Shown: positions 25,501 through 39,479 of the stretch, one piece after another
Numbering within the stretch: the stretch's first letter is position 1
Layout: the number at the start of each line of letters is the position of its first letter
NCBI GenBank assembly: GCA_026770705.1
Contig: JANJGN010000132.1
Span: 186,001-250,000 of the forward strand
Direction: 5' to 3'
Origin: Isurus oxyrinchus
Lineage: Eukaryota
DNA: 64,000 nucleotides
Notes under the pieces: generated by a model
The model's input: only the letters and a program-made list of their open reading frames with translations
What the model was told of the DNA's origin: nothing
Database searches by the model: none
Translations under genes and position numbers: made by a program

Positions 25501-28500
25501 AGTAATCATTGTAACAGGCCTTGTCTCAGTTTATATTAATCCATAACTTGTATCAGTAATCACTGTAATGGACCCTGTCTCAATTTATATTAATCCAGAC
25601 CCTGTAACATTAATCACTTTAACTGACCCTCTATCAATTGTTAAGAATCCATACCTTGCATCAGTATGCTCTGTAATATACACTGTCTCAGTTTATATAA
25701 ACACACACATTGCATTGGTAATTACCATAATAGATCATGTCTCAGAATTGTTAATCTAAAAACTTGTATCTGTAGTCACTATAACAAGCTCTGTCTCAGT
25801 TGATATTAATCCATACTTTATATCAGTAATCGCTAATTAAGACAGGCATTGTATTGGTAATTACTGCAATAGGCCATGTCTTTAGTCTGTATTCACCTAG
25901 ATTCTGTATCAATAATCATTGTGATTGACCCTGTCTCCATTTACACTAATCTAGACTGTGCTTAATAACCACTGTAATAGACCCTGCCTCAGTTGATATT
26001 AATCCATACATTGTATCAATAACAACTGTTAGATACCATCTCTCAGTCTATAGTAATACAGGCATAGTTTTTTTTGTAATTAATGTAATACACCCTTTCA
26101 CAGTGGATATTAAGCCATTACTAGTATCACTAATCACTGCAATAAACTCTGTTGATCAGTTTATTAATCCATACCCTTCATCAGGAATGACTGTATTACA
26201 CCCTGTCTCAGATTATGTTAATCCATTATCTGTAACAGTAATTACTCCAATAGACCTTGACACAGTTTATATTCATCTGGATCCTGTATCAGTCATCATT
26301 GAAATTGATCCTGACTCAGTTGATGTTAATCAACACCTTGTATCAGTAACCACTGATATTAATGCAGACCTTGTCTCAGTAATCACAATAAAAGTCCCTG
26401 TCTCAGCTGATATTAATCAATACCTTGTATCAGTAATCACTGAAGTTGATTCTGAATGAATTTATATCAATCCAAGCCTTGTATTTGTAAACACTATAAT
26501 AGACACTGTCTATTATATTAATCTAGGCCCTGCGTTGGTAGTCATTGTAACAGGCTCTTTCAAGTTATTTTAATCAGTACCATGTATTAGTAATCAAAGT
26601 AAAAGACCTTGTCTCAGTTTATACTAATCCAGACATTGTATCAGTAATCACTGTAATAAACCCTATCGCAGTTGGTACAAATCCATACCTTTTATCTGTA
26701 ATCATTGTAATAGACCCTGTCTCAGTTTATATTAATTCATAATTTGTATCAGTAATCACTGTAACAGACCCTGTCTCAGTTAATATTAGTACAACCTTGT
26801 TTCAGTAATCGCTTAGATATACCATGTTTCAGTTTATATTAACATAGACATTGTATTGGCAATTACTGTAATAGACCCGGTGCTATGTCTATATTAATGT
26901 AGATCCTGTATCAAAAATCACTGTGATTTATCCTGTCTCCATTTATATTAATCTAGACTCTGTATCAGTAATCACTGTAATAGACCCTGATATAGACTCT
27001 GCCTCAGGTTATATTATTCTAGACCATGTATCAGTAATTACCATAATAGACCCTGTCATAATTGCTATTCATCAATACTTTGTATCAGTAATCACTAAAG
27101 TAGACCCTGACTATGTTTATATCCATCCAAGACTTGTATTGGTAATAACTGTAATAGACCTTGTCTCGCTTTATATTAATGCAGACCCTGTATCAGTAAT
27201 CATTGTGATAGACAGTGTCTCAGTTTATGTTAATCCATACCTTGAATCAGTAATCACTGGAAGAGACCCTGTCTCAGTTTCTATTAATCTAGACCATTTA
27301 TCATTAATAAATGTAACAGACACTGTTTCAGTTAATTTTAATCAATACCATGTATCAATAATCACTCGAATATATCCTGTCCAAATTTATGTTAACCCAG
27401 ACATTGCATCAGTGATCACTGTAATAGACCTTGTCTCAGTTGATATGAATCCAGTCCTTGTATTAGTAATCACTGTAACATACCATGACTCAGTGTATAT
27501 TAATCCATACCTTGCACCGATAATCACTGTAATAATCTCTGCCTCAGTTTCTATTGATCTAGACCCTATATCAGTAATCACTGTAATGGGCCCTGACTCA
27601 GTTGATATTAATCCACACCTTGTATCATTAATCACAGTAATAGACTCTGTCTCAGTTTATATTAATAAGGACATTGTATTGATAATTACTGTAATATACT
27701 CTGTCTCAGTTTCTTTTAATTCATACAATGCATCAATAATCGCTGTAATAAACCCTGTCTCATTTTTTTATTAATCCGTACCTTACATCAGTAGTCCCTG
27801 GAAGAGACCCTGTATCAGTTTATATTCATCTAGACCCTGTATCAGTAATCACTGTAATGGACCCTGACTCAGTTGATATTAATCCATAACTTGTATCATT
27901 AATCACTGTAATTGTCTCAGTAATCACTGTAAAAGACCCTGTCTCAGTTTACATCAGTCCATACATTGTAACAGTAATCACTGTTACAGACTGTGTCTCA
28001 TTTGCTATTAATCAGTCCCTTGCATCAGTAATCACTGAAGCTGACCCTGACTTAGTTTGTATTGGTGATTGCTGTAATAGACCCTGTCTCTGTTTATATT
28101 AATCTAGACCCGGCATTAGTAATCATTGCAACAGGCTTTGTCAGGTTATTCTAATCCATACCATATATCAGTAATCACTTTAATAGACCTTGTCCCTGTT
28201 TATATTAATCCAGTCCCTGTTTCAGTAATCACTGTACTCGGCCCTGTAATAGTTGATATGAATACATACTTGTATCAGTAATCATTGCAATAGACCCTGT
28301 CTCAGTTTGTATTAATACATAATTTGTAACAGTAATCACTGTAATATACCTTGTCTCCATTCAAATTAATCTAGACCATTTATCATTAATAACTGTGACA
28401 GACCCCATCTCAGCTAATATTAACCCAGACAATGCATCAGTAACAATTGTAATACATGGTGTTTCAGTTGGTATGAATTCATTCTCTGTGTCAGAATTAA

Positions 28501-29499
28501 TGTAATAGACCCTGCCTCAGTTGATATGTATTCATAGCTTGTATCAGTTATCTCTGTAATAGACGCTGTGTCAGTTTATATTAATACAGGAATTGTGTTG
28601 GTAATTATTGGAATAGACCGTGTCTCAGTTTATGTTAATCCAAAACTTGCAAGAGTAGTCACTGTGATAAGCACAGCCTCTGCTGACATCAATCCATACC
28701 TTGTATCAATAATCAGTGTAATGGTCTCTATCCCAGTTTATATTAATACAGACCTTGTATCAGTAATCACTGTGATATACCATGTCTCTTTTTATATTCA
28801 TACAGACATTGTATTGGTAATTACTGTTATAGACCCTGCCCACAGCCGATATTAATTTAGACCCTGTATCAATAATCATTATGATTGACCCTGTCTCAGT
28901 TTATATGAATATAGACCCTGTATCAGGATTCACTGTAATAGACCCTGCCTCAGTTTATATGAATCTTTACCTTGCATCAGTACTCTCTGTAATTGATCCA
29001 GTCATAGCTTAAATTAATCTTGGTCCTGTATTAATAATCAATGTAATAGGCCCTGTCTCCATTTATATTAATCTCGGCCCTGTATCAGTAATCAATGGAA
29101 TAAGCCCTGTCTCAGCTTATATTAACCGAGGCCCTGCATCAGTAATTACTCTAACAAACCCTGTCTCAGTTTATATAAATCTAGGCCCTGTGTCTGTAAT
29201 CACTGTGGTAGATGCTGTCTCAGGTTGTTTTATTCCAAGCCCTGTATCAGCATTCACTGTGATAGGCCCTGTCTCCGTTTATAGTAACCGAGGTACTGTA
29301 TCTATAATTGCTGCACAATGCCCCTACTCTGCTTATAATACTTAGGGTCTGTTAAGTTATTAGTGCACTAGACTCTAATTTAGTCAATACCAATCTCGCC
29401 CCTGTTTCAGTAATAGACGTACAGATTAATCTAGAACCTGGATCAGTAATCACTGCTCTATGTTCTGTCTCAGTTTAAGTTCATCTAGAGACTGTCTCC

Positions 29500-29890
29500 T
29501 TCTTCTTAGGCATTTCCTGAGGATCGAGGATGACATGCTGCCATGCCACTTCGATATGTTCTGATTTGGCTGTAGACTCTGCTAAAGATGGTTGGACCTA
29601 GGGCATTACTCTAATTAACAACTGCAGTGATGTTCTGGATAACTGAGATGATTGATCTCCAACAACCACAACCATCTTCATCTGTGTTACACATGACACC
29701 GACCAACAGAGAGTTTCCCCGCTGATTCCCATTGACTCCAGTTTTGCTCCTTGATGCCACACTCTGACAGATGCTGCCTTCATATCAAAGGCTGTTACTT
29801 TCACCTCAACTTTAGATTTTAGCTCATTTGTCCATGTTTAGACCAAGGCTGTAATGGGATCAGGAGCTGAGTGACCCTGGCACGACTCGC
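29500..29890 (-). mobile_element. LINE family B RT fragment inside the satellite
   Basis: AFDMKAASVRVWHQGAKLESMGISG motif. Confidence 0.75.
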
Positions 29891-29899
29891 CTGAAGATA

Positions 29900-31330
29900 T
29901 TAGTGGACATCAGCCTTCCCCAATAAGCTTCTTTGATTTTGGTCACCCACAAACTAGGGACCCCCATGTATTGGCAGATATGTTCGAACATTTCTGGGAT
30001 GCTTTGAGCACATCCCTCAAGCACTCTATTTGCCTCCTGCCGAGACAGAGTTCCAAGTGGATTAATGACTTTGGGAGTTTTGTGTTCAGCATATGAACCA
30101 TATGTTCCACTCAGCAGAGTCGCTATTGAGTGATGAGTGTCTCTCTGTTGGGCACGTTGGTTTGAGAGAGGACACTGCTGTCTGACTGCCTTTCCTCACA
30201 TTGGGTTTGTAGAACCTTCTAATGGCACTGCTGGTATTAATTCTTCAGAACTTAGAGGTGCCTACTCGACGTTGTCCAAGTCTCAGAAGCATTCAGTGCA
30301 TGGAGATCACTACTGCCCAGTATACCATGGCCAGAGACTTGGGTTTGGAATTCTAATCCTCAAATACCATGATCATCTGTCGGCCGAAGGCTGGCCTTCC
30401 GCATTAGACTCGATGATGAGTTTTGTTGCCTATTTCTGCCTTCCTAGAGAGGAGTCTCTGAAGGTATTGAAGAAGATCCACATTTTCAGGATCTTGCCAA
30501 TGGGGGCGGTTTTGTGGTCTGGGGGCTGTTTGGAAGTGAGTCTTATCTTTCTGGGTGTTTAATGGAAAGCCATTTTTTTCATATCCTTCAAAGAAGTTGT
30601 CAGCAATAAACTGGAGCTCAGTTTTCAGTCAGGGTGCACACAAGAACCAGAAGGTTACTGAAGCTCAGTGAATGATGCTGGGAGATTTTGGTTTTGGATT
30701 GAAGGTGGTGTAGGATCAACAGTTTCCCATCGGTTTGCTACATTATCTCCAACCTGTGGGTAATCTGGAGGTGAGGTGAACTATTACATAGAGAAAACAA
30801 TGAGGAGAGGGTTGGTGCGGTGACACAAGCCTGTCTGACCCCAGTTTTCACTGAGGTAGGGTCCGTGCTGGTTCCGCTGGTGAGGATCAGGGCTTGCAAT
30901 CCATTGTGGAGCAGATGGAGGATGGTGAAAAATTTCTGACGGCACCAGATTTGAGGGGATACTCCATATGTTTTAATCGTCGGCAGAGGAAAAGGCATTT
31001 GTGATGCGGAGCAAGGCCTTGTGCAGCTGTTGCTGCTGCTCGTGGCAGTTCTCATTGATTTGCCACACAGGGAACATCAGGGTGCCTCTCGATGGGTGAA
31101 AATGTCACTGCGTCTCTGAGAAGAGCTCTGTGGTCATGGTAAGTGTGTGACTGAGGAGGATGCTTGCAATAATCTTCCCTCTGGAAGACAGCAAAGGGGA
31201 TTCTTTTGGGTTACTGCAATCAGACTTGTCTCCCTTCTTGAGTAGACTCATAATCAGAGGATTCCTGAGCTCCCTCAGCATGCAGTCCCCTTCCCAAGTG
31301 AGGGATATGAGGTTGTACACCTATGTCAGG
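29900..31330 (-). mobile_element. Decayed RTE-clade LINE RT
   Basis: KKGDKSDCSN..LLS..GKIIASILL and VKTGVRQACVTAPTL motifs. Confidence 0.8.
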
Positions 31331-32187
31331 TGATGTATCGGTAATGGCGGCACTAGATTCTGTTCTGTTCATTTTAACCCAGGTCCAGTATCAGTATTCA
31401 CAGAACTTGACCCTCCCTCACTTTATATAAATCTAGGCCTTACATCAGTAATCACTGCACTTGCCCCTGCCCCAGTTTATATTCACCAAGGCTCTTAATC
31501 AGTAATTGATTCACTAGGCATTGTCTCAGTTTACATTAATCTCTGCACAGTAACAGTCATCGCTGCACTAGGCACTGTCCCAGTTTATATCAATCTAGGT
31601 CTTGTATCAGTAATCACTGCACTTTACCATGCCTCAATTCATTTAATTCTAGACCCTGTTACACTAATCACTGCTACTAGACCTCATCTCAGTTTATATT
31701 CATCAAGGAGCTTAATAAGTAATTCCTTCACTAGGCCCTGTTTCAATTGATATTAATCTAGGCCCTGTATTGTCAAACACCGCACTTGTCCCTGCCTCAG
31801 TTGTTACTGATCAAACCCTGCATCATCAACCAGTGCACTTGACCGTGTCTCCGTTTATATTGATCAAACCCTGTATCATAAATCACTGCCTTTAGGCACT
31901 GTATGAAATTATTTTCCTCCAGTTACTTTATATGTAATGGCTGCAGTGGATTCATCCTCAGTTTTTCTGCTTTAGACAGTGTCACTGTTACTGTTACAGC
32001 CGAACCTTCTTCATCTAATATTAAAATAGTCCATATCTCTATTTCTATTAAATTAGGCTAGTCTGAGTTATCACCTTCAAGCCGGAGTGCTTTTAAATTA
32101 CACAAGGATGTTCCTCAGTTAGACTGATCCAAACACTGTTTATGTTTACGACACACTAGGCCACAGCTCATTTAAGACTACACTAAA

Positions 32188-32355
32188 NNNNNNNNNNNNN
32201 NNNNNNNNNNNNNNNNNNNNNNNNNNNNNNNNNNNNNNNNNNNNNNNNNNNNNNNNNNNNNNNNNNNNNNNNNNNNNNNNNNNNNNNNNNNNNNNNNNNN
32301 NNNNNNNNNNNNNNNNNNNNNNNNNNNNNNNNNNNNNNNNNNNNNNNNNNNNNNN
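32188..32355. other. Assembly gap (168 N)
   Basis: Run of N. Confidence 1.
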
Positions 32356-33519
32356 CACATTTAATCTCTTATCTCTCCCTCTCTGTCTCTCTCTCTCTCT
32401 CTCAACAGCTCAGCATCTTGTTCTCTTTTCTTTCCAAAACAGCAACTTAATCACTTCAACTGTCTCAGACACAACATAAATTATCTAACCCCGCTCTTAC
32501 ACAGAGGCCATTTAACTCTCTTGTCCCTTTACCAGACAACACATGATTCATTTAAAACATTCTTTACCCAAAGAGTCATCCATGAACGATTTTTAATTTT
32601 TTTTTATTTTTTTCTCCCAGTGATAATCCTTAATCCACCTCCACCTTCAATAAACATGCTACAACCAATAGAAACTCATATGTTTTGTTTTTTATATGGG
32701 AATGGAGGTGAATGCAATGTAAAAACTAGGAACAATCTACGCTGGGCTTCTTGATGCTGTCAGAGTGAGTTCACCCTCACAGGCAAGAAGACTGTTCATG
32801 GTGATAACATCAAACTGACGGCTGCTGTTTCATTCTCAGGTAGCACCACTTCCTGTTTCTCTGCTGCTGGTTCCTCACCGCACATCTCACTTCTAAGCAG
32901 TAAATAAATCTAGGGGCCACAATCTGGTGGAAACATCTGTGAAGGCGGCCTATATCTGGCCACAGAGTCAGTGCAGAGTCACACAGATCACATTGCGGCC
33001 TGTGGCTGCTGTGATCTATTTCTATTTCGAGTTGCCATTCCAGGACATAACTGGATGTGTCTGTGGATCATTCACTGAACTTCCCCTGTTCTCTAAAGCC
33101 GGGAAATGACCGCTTGCTCCCTTATATTTTGTGACATTTGCTCTGTGTTGCTTGTTGGCTTTATTTCTCAATTTACCTCTCTCGCTGCCTCTTCCTTATT
33201 TCTCTTTAACCTCACTCAGTTTTATGCTCTGTGTCAGTTCTGGCATCTCTCTCCATCTCTACATCTCTTTCATATACATGTTCAAAATCACTAAAGGTTT
33301 GATGGAGTAAATAAAGAGAGCCCGTTTCAACTGGCACAACAATCAGTGATCAGAGATGACAGATTCAGATTAATTCAACTGGATGGTGAGATGAGAATTG
33401 ATTTTGTTAACACGGCGAGTTGTCATGAGCTGGAATGAACAACCTGAAATGATAGCAGAAGCGAATTCAACTTTGGAAAGAGGATACATACTTTAGAGCT
33501 TAAAAACTGTCAGATAATA

Positions 33520-34650
33520 GAACCCTAGAAAAGTTATGGTGCAGAAAGAGGCCATTCAGCCCATTGTGATTGCACTGGCCAAAAATAAAAGAAACTCGCC
33601 GCTCATTTTAACCCCACTTCCCAGCACCTGGTCAATGGCCTTGCAGTTACAGCAGTTCAGTGCAGATCCAAGTGCCTTTCAAATGGGTTGACCGTTTCTA
33701 CTTCAACCACCAACTTATGCAGTGAATTCCAGATGTCCACCACCATCTTGGTGAAAATGTTTTGCTTCATGTCCCCTCTAATCTGTCTACCAATCACCTT
33801 AAATCTCTTCCCCCTGATAATTGACGGCTCAGTGACGAGAGACAACTCTTTTCTGTCTGCCCTATATAGGCCCCTCGTAATTTTGTACACCTGAATCATG
33901 TCACCCCTTAGCCTTCTCTGTTCTAAGGAAAACAGCCCTAGCATATCTAATCTCTCCTCTTAGCTGCTATTTTCAAGCCCTGGCAACATTCTTGTAAATC
34001 TCCTCTAAGCTCTCTGCGAGCGATTATGCTTTCTTGTAACGTGGTGACCAGGATTGTACGCAAAGCTCCAGCTGTAGTTTAACCAGTGTTTTACACAGTT
34101 CCATTATTACATCCTTGCTTTACTGTTCAATACCTCGCCAAATAAAGGAAAATATTGCATATGTTTTCTTGACCACCTTGTCCACCTGTCCCGCCAACTT
34201 TTGGGAAGCTGTGAACATCCACCCCAAGGTCTTGCACTTCCTCAACCTCCCAATATCTTTCTGTTTATTGAGAATTCCTTTGCTTTGTCTCCTCCGCCCT
34301 CTCAAATGCATTAGCTCACACTTTTCCAAATTCAATCCCATTTGCCACTTCACCTACTCAACCAAACCAGTCATGTCATTTTGGAATCCACAGCTAGTCT
34401 CTCCACTACACGACCAATTTTTGCATCACCTGCAAATTTCCCAATCATGCCTCTCACATTTAAGTTTGTTATTAATAAACACAACAAACAGCAAGAGCCC
34501 AGCACTGATCGTTGTGGAAAAGCACTGGGAACCGTTTCCCTTTCGCAGAAACACCCATTGACCATTGCACTTTGTTTCTTGTCATGAGACAAATTTGGAT
34601 CCAACCTGCCACCTTCCCCTGCATATCCTGAGATCTCGCTTTCCTGGCCA
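33520..34650 (-). mobile_element. CR1 LINE 3' portion
   Basis: GKFAGDAKIG, NLEKCELMH, QVDKVVKK and LGLFSLEQRRLRGDMIQVYKI; 3' tail near 33520-33570. Confidence 0.9.
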
Positions 34651-36059
34651 TTATGGGGAATATTGGACAGACCTTTAAAAGAGCCGACACAAGTGCAATA
34701 GGTTTAAGGACTTTTTCAATGATTTTCTGCTCTTCTTACTGTTTATCTTTCTGTATTTATGTATCTTCTTGTTGCAGTATCATTTCGGCACCTCCTCTGT
34801 CCTTTATTAAGCCCAAATAAAATGTGATAATTACACAGTTTACCTGGTGAGCTAATCCTGCCGTCTGAAAGTGTCTGTACGTGTAATGCTGATAATTGTC
34901 AGGTATCTTTCAAGACGCTATTTATAAACTTCAAGTGAATGTCCCTGGATCGAACTCTGATCAGAAAATCCCCACCTCCTGAATCTCTGTGGCACGGAAT
35001 TTTGCACTGGGGAAATTTTGCTATTTGACCTTTTCAGTCACAATGAAAATCAAGCAGAAGATTGAAAATGTCGGTTTGTTTGAGCTGTCAGATTCGGCCC
35101 GTGTGCCTCTGTGCAGCTCCAAGACTGCAGGAAAAGCTCTGAAGGAACAGATCCGTTTCTGTTCCACTGACAGGTGCGTCAGTGTCAGCTCAGATATCAG
35201 AACCTCTGCAGTCTCCATGTCCTTATTGCCTCCCCCTTGGGTATAAACATTCTTAGTCAGGTGGAGTCAGTCACACGGGCCTTTGTCATGATGTCTCCAT
35301 GAATTTCTTATCACACAATTCCCTTCCCCGCTCATCATTGCTTAGAAGCCTGCACTATGCCCCAAACACCATTGTTTCCTTCCAGTTTGCTTTACAATTA
35401 CATTCGGATGTTCTTTGCTCATCTACCTCGCTCAATACAAGAGTACAAGCCGTCAAAACGGCCTCTGTCATTCATACATTGCAGGCGGCCTCTGTGATCA
35501 CTATTATACCAGGCTCCAGTCTGCCCGGGCCTTGTCATCGCCACTTGTTTCATTAATTTAACTGGAAGAATTTTTTTTCAGTGAACGCGCTAGTCAAACG
35601 TGCGATTGTGTCGCAGGAACCCCTGTCTGGCTGGAAAGGGACACTGTACAGGATTGTTCTGTCTGCTATATTCCCTCACCGATTCTGTGTATAAGAACAG
35701 ATTGGGCAGAAGGACGTAAAAGCAATTAAACTTGAATTTATACTGACACCTGCAGAACCCACCCAGTTTATGGGGTCCAATCTCTTTTTCTCATTCATTC
35801 ACGGCATGCGAGCTTCGCTGGCTGGGCCAACATTTATTGCCCATCCCATATTTCCCTTGAGAAGGTGGTGAACTGCCTTCTTGAACCACTGCAGTCTACA
35901 TGGTGTAGGTACACCTGCAGTGTTGTTAGGGAGAGAGTTCTAGGATTTTAACTGGAGAGAGACTGGAACCCAAATATTCTGAGCCACGACTGAGATTGTT
36001 GCCAAATATTCAACACGGACATGATCTATTCACAGTTCCCATCGCAAACCTTATTCCAT

Positions 36060-36790
36060 TCAGAGTTCAATGGTCCTTGATTCTGTTATTCGGCAAATTA
36101 TTTGCAACGTTTTCGGAATCACACACACTAATGTACGACACCTTAACTTCGGTTTTGATGCACTAGACGCCGACTGTGCTCTCAGCACACTGGATTCAGT
36201 GATGTGTTCAGTAATACACTGCAATCTGCGTCTGTTAGTACTGGATCGAACACTGTCCTCGTTACACTAAAATTAAACAATGCCTTTGCTGTAATCACAC
36301 TGGGCTCTGAGTCCATTCTTATTGCATTGCCTCGTATTTCGGTAATTATTACATTCCACTCCCGCCACTGTTCCAGCCAGAAAATAACCTGCTTATCCAT
36401 CCAACTTAATGTACGCCTATTATTATGGGAACATTGTTCCCGTCCATTTTCAACAGTAACATGTTCCTAACATTGATGAATTTGACAGTAATCACTTAGT
36501 GATACACTGGTACCTATTTTGGATATCATTGTGCAAAGTATTGTATCCATTATCATAAAACAAAGACTTATTTCTTCTATCTTTACACTAGGACCTATCT
36601 CTGAAATTAATGCAGTAGTACATATCTTTGCTTATATTACACCAGGTCCTGTCTCTGTTATTACCGCACTAGGTTATCTCTGTTTCCATTACAACAGGCC
36701 ATAGCTTTGTTAATACTGCACCAGCCCATATATCTGTTTGTAATACTTCGACCCTGCATCTGTTTATGCTACAGATAGCCTGAATCATTA
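36060..36790 (+). repeat. Diverged 27-bp satellite block
   Basis: TATATTACACCAGGTCCTGTCTCTGTTATTACCGCACTAGG-type units. Confidence 0.6.
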
Positions 36791-37799
36791 CATGGAACAT
36801 ACAGCATAGAAGCAGAATATTCAGTGCGAAAAGGATTAGTGCAGTTGTAGTGGAAAGAGTGGAAGTAACACTCAAAGGTTGCAGAAACAAAAGATTGAAA
36901 ATTCCCTGGAGATCAAGGAATGTTTCAACCCTTTCCATCCCTAGGAGTAATAAAGCATAGAATTACATTTATATTTACCTCACAACAGGTACAGTTTCAA
37001 TTTGTCCATTTTGCTTCCACAAATGATCACAGACTCACTGTATAGACAGGAACTTCTGTGAGATGCTGCTGTGATCATTTGCCAATAAGCTGCCCTTATT
37101 CTCGAGGTGATGTAATCCACATTCCGTCTGATCACATGAGACATATCTCCAGCTGGGAAATGACTTGGACAGTCTAGAATCACTTTATAAACAAGAGCAC
37201 ACAGCAGAATGGTTATTAATAAATAATTATAATATTAAACGATCTTCAGTTGAAATACATGAATTGTTCTTTTTGGGGTATTAACACATTCACTGAAGTT
37301 GCAGAAAGACCGTGAGGTGTGTGTGTGCGTGTGTGTGATGGAGAGAGAGAGAGAGAAACGGACAGACAGGCAAACAGACGACGGTGACTTATGCGCTGCT
37401 TCAGATAGAGGGGCAAGCGACAGACTGGTAATTGGCACCTTCATCTTAGTAACGATGTATGCCAGGACTTTCTATACAATGGCAGAGTAGAAAATGGGAC
37501 CAATATTTTTTTTTTCTGCATTAAAAGATCGACAGCCACAATTTGAATAAGAGAACATGAAATGCCAAACAATGGTGAAAGTAAATTATTTATATTCGAG
37601 GAATTACAGTGCAAGTGTGAAGAATGATTCTCTTCATGAAAACATACAGAACAGGTGGCATATGATCCGTGATACTGTCAACTACAATTAAACTGAATAT
37701 CAGGCGCTGAATTGGTCGCCGATCTCATGCCGCCCATCTTTGGCCAAGGCCAGGGACCATTTTCTAGCTCATTAACTTTATTTATATTATCTCTATATT

Positions 37800-39250
37800 T
37801 CACATGGATGCAGTCTAGCGCAGTAATAACTGAGTCTGGATTAGCTTAATTTAAGCTAAGAAATTGTTTTCTGAAGTAATAATAGAGATCAGGACTAGTG
37901 CAATATAAACTGAAAAGTGTTCCAGTTTAGCATTAAAAAGGCAGAGTCTAGTGCAATAATAACTGCGACTGCATCTTCTGTAACTTGTGAGACATCAGAG
38001 ATAGGGCTAACGTAATATAAGCAGAGACATGGAGTAGTGCAGCAACAACTAAAACAAAGCTTAGTTCTGTGTATAGGGACCATTAGTCCAGCGCAGTAAG
38101 AACTGGGACTTTGCCGTATGTAATACAAAAGGAGACATGGTATAGTTCCAGAACAACTGAGATGGGGCCAAGCACTGATATAACTGAGGCAGGAACTGGT
38201 GTAATATTATGACAGGATCCATTTGGATATAAACCGAGACAGGGTCAGGTGCAGCAATACTGAGACAGGGCCGAGTGCACCAAATATTGCTACAACATCC
38301 TCAATAATTGAAAAGGAAACTGGGTCAAGTTTAATAATTACTGAGACAAGGTCCAGCGTATTAGTAATAGACGTGGCCTTGTGTAAAATAATCACAGGCA
38401 TGGTCTGCACTGCATACAAAAATACAGGGTCTATTTCTATATTAACACTTGCAAGGAAACGTCCAGCGGAATGTCAGCAGAGACATGACCTAGACTGACA
38501 TGAACAGAGAGATGATCTAGTGTAACGTAAATAGAAATGCGATCTCGTGGATTATAAAGTGAGGCAATGCTGGGTGCAGGAATAGATGAGGCAGTAGCGT
38601 GTGTAATTTGAACAGAGACATGGACTGACGAAGTAATTAAGGAGACAGAATCTAGTGTAAAGAAACTGACACAGGGTCTAGTGCAGTTTAACTTGATAAC
38701 GGACCTTGTGCAATATAAATTAAAATAAGACCTAGTGCAATCACTCCCAGCCAAGTACCTAGATTGATACCAATAGAAACCTGGACAAGTGCGGCATGAG
38801 AGAGACATGGTATAGTACAAGGACATTGTGTGATATAAACAGAAATTTATATGTGCAGCATTAACTGTGAAATTGTCAAGTTCAATATAAACGTGGCAGA
38901 GTAAAAACTGAGACACAGCCTCCTGTGATGCAACCATGAGCATGTTCTGGTTTAGTATTAAAAGAGACAGGGCCTAGTTCAGTAACAATTGAGACATGAC
39001 CTAATGTCATGTTAGCCGAGAGATGATTCAGTGCAGTCATAACTGAGAGAAGGTTTGATATAATACAAAGAGAGCCGGGATCAGGTATATCAACAACAGA
39101 GATTAGGCTGAGTAAGGAAACAAATAGACATGACCTGCTGTAAAATCATCAGAAATATGACCCTGTGATATGATCAGAGACGGAGTCTAGTTTAATGTGA
39201 ACAGAGATAGCGTCCATTTCGGTAACAATTGAGAGAATGCCTGTTTAATG
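37800..39250 (-). repeat. Diverged 27-bp satellite block, inverted
   Basis: CTAGTGCAATA..AACTGAGACAGGG-type units. Confidence 0.7.
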
Positions 39251-39479
39251 TAAAGTACCTCGGCTTCACTGCCAACTGCTGGACACACGTTGCTATTATC
39301 AATGCCATTTAAATGCCAATTTCAGTTAATGCTTGTGAGGTCATTGATAAAAATATAAATCATTGAATCATGGAATGCTTGCAGCACAGAAGGAGGCCTG
39401 TAAAGCTTAGGAGATTTTGAGATATAAAACCATTTTGGTTAAAATATCTACATCCCGAATTCTTGATTTATAATAATGG

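Larger units (their letters stand above)
19700..32187 (+). repeat. ~12-kb satellite array; 54-bp unit made of two diverged 27-mers
   Basis: Consensus CCCTGTATCAGTAATCACTGTAATAGA + CCCTGTCTCAGTTTATATTAATCTAGA. Best conserved at ~19950-29450, interrupted at 22338-22562 and ~29500-31340, and runs into the N gap. Confidence 0.97.

Noticed and set aside
20221-28855. Long V/I/D/P/S-rich ORFs (up to 283 aa, DPVSVITVI/DPVSVYINP repeats) as a repeat protein gene
   Set aside because: They arise because the 27-bp monomer is a multiple of 3 with a stop-free consensus frame. Stops and frameshifts are frequent along the array, with no sign of exon structure.
19700-32187. CRISPR-like array
   Set aside because: There are no unique spacers or cas genes; this is a vertebrate head-to-tail satellite.
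32146-32360. Poly-X ORFs
   Set aside because: Artefacts of the N gap
34989-35290. A possible Ig or other exon in unique-looking sequence
   Set aside because: No Ig Cys/Trp motifs, RSS or convincing splice pair in either ORF
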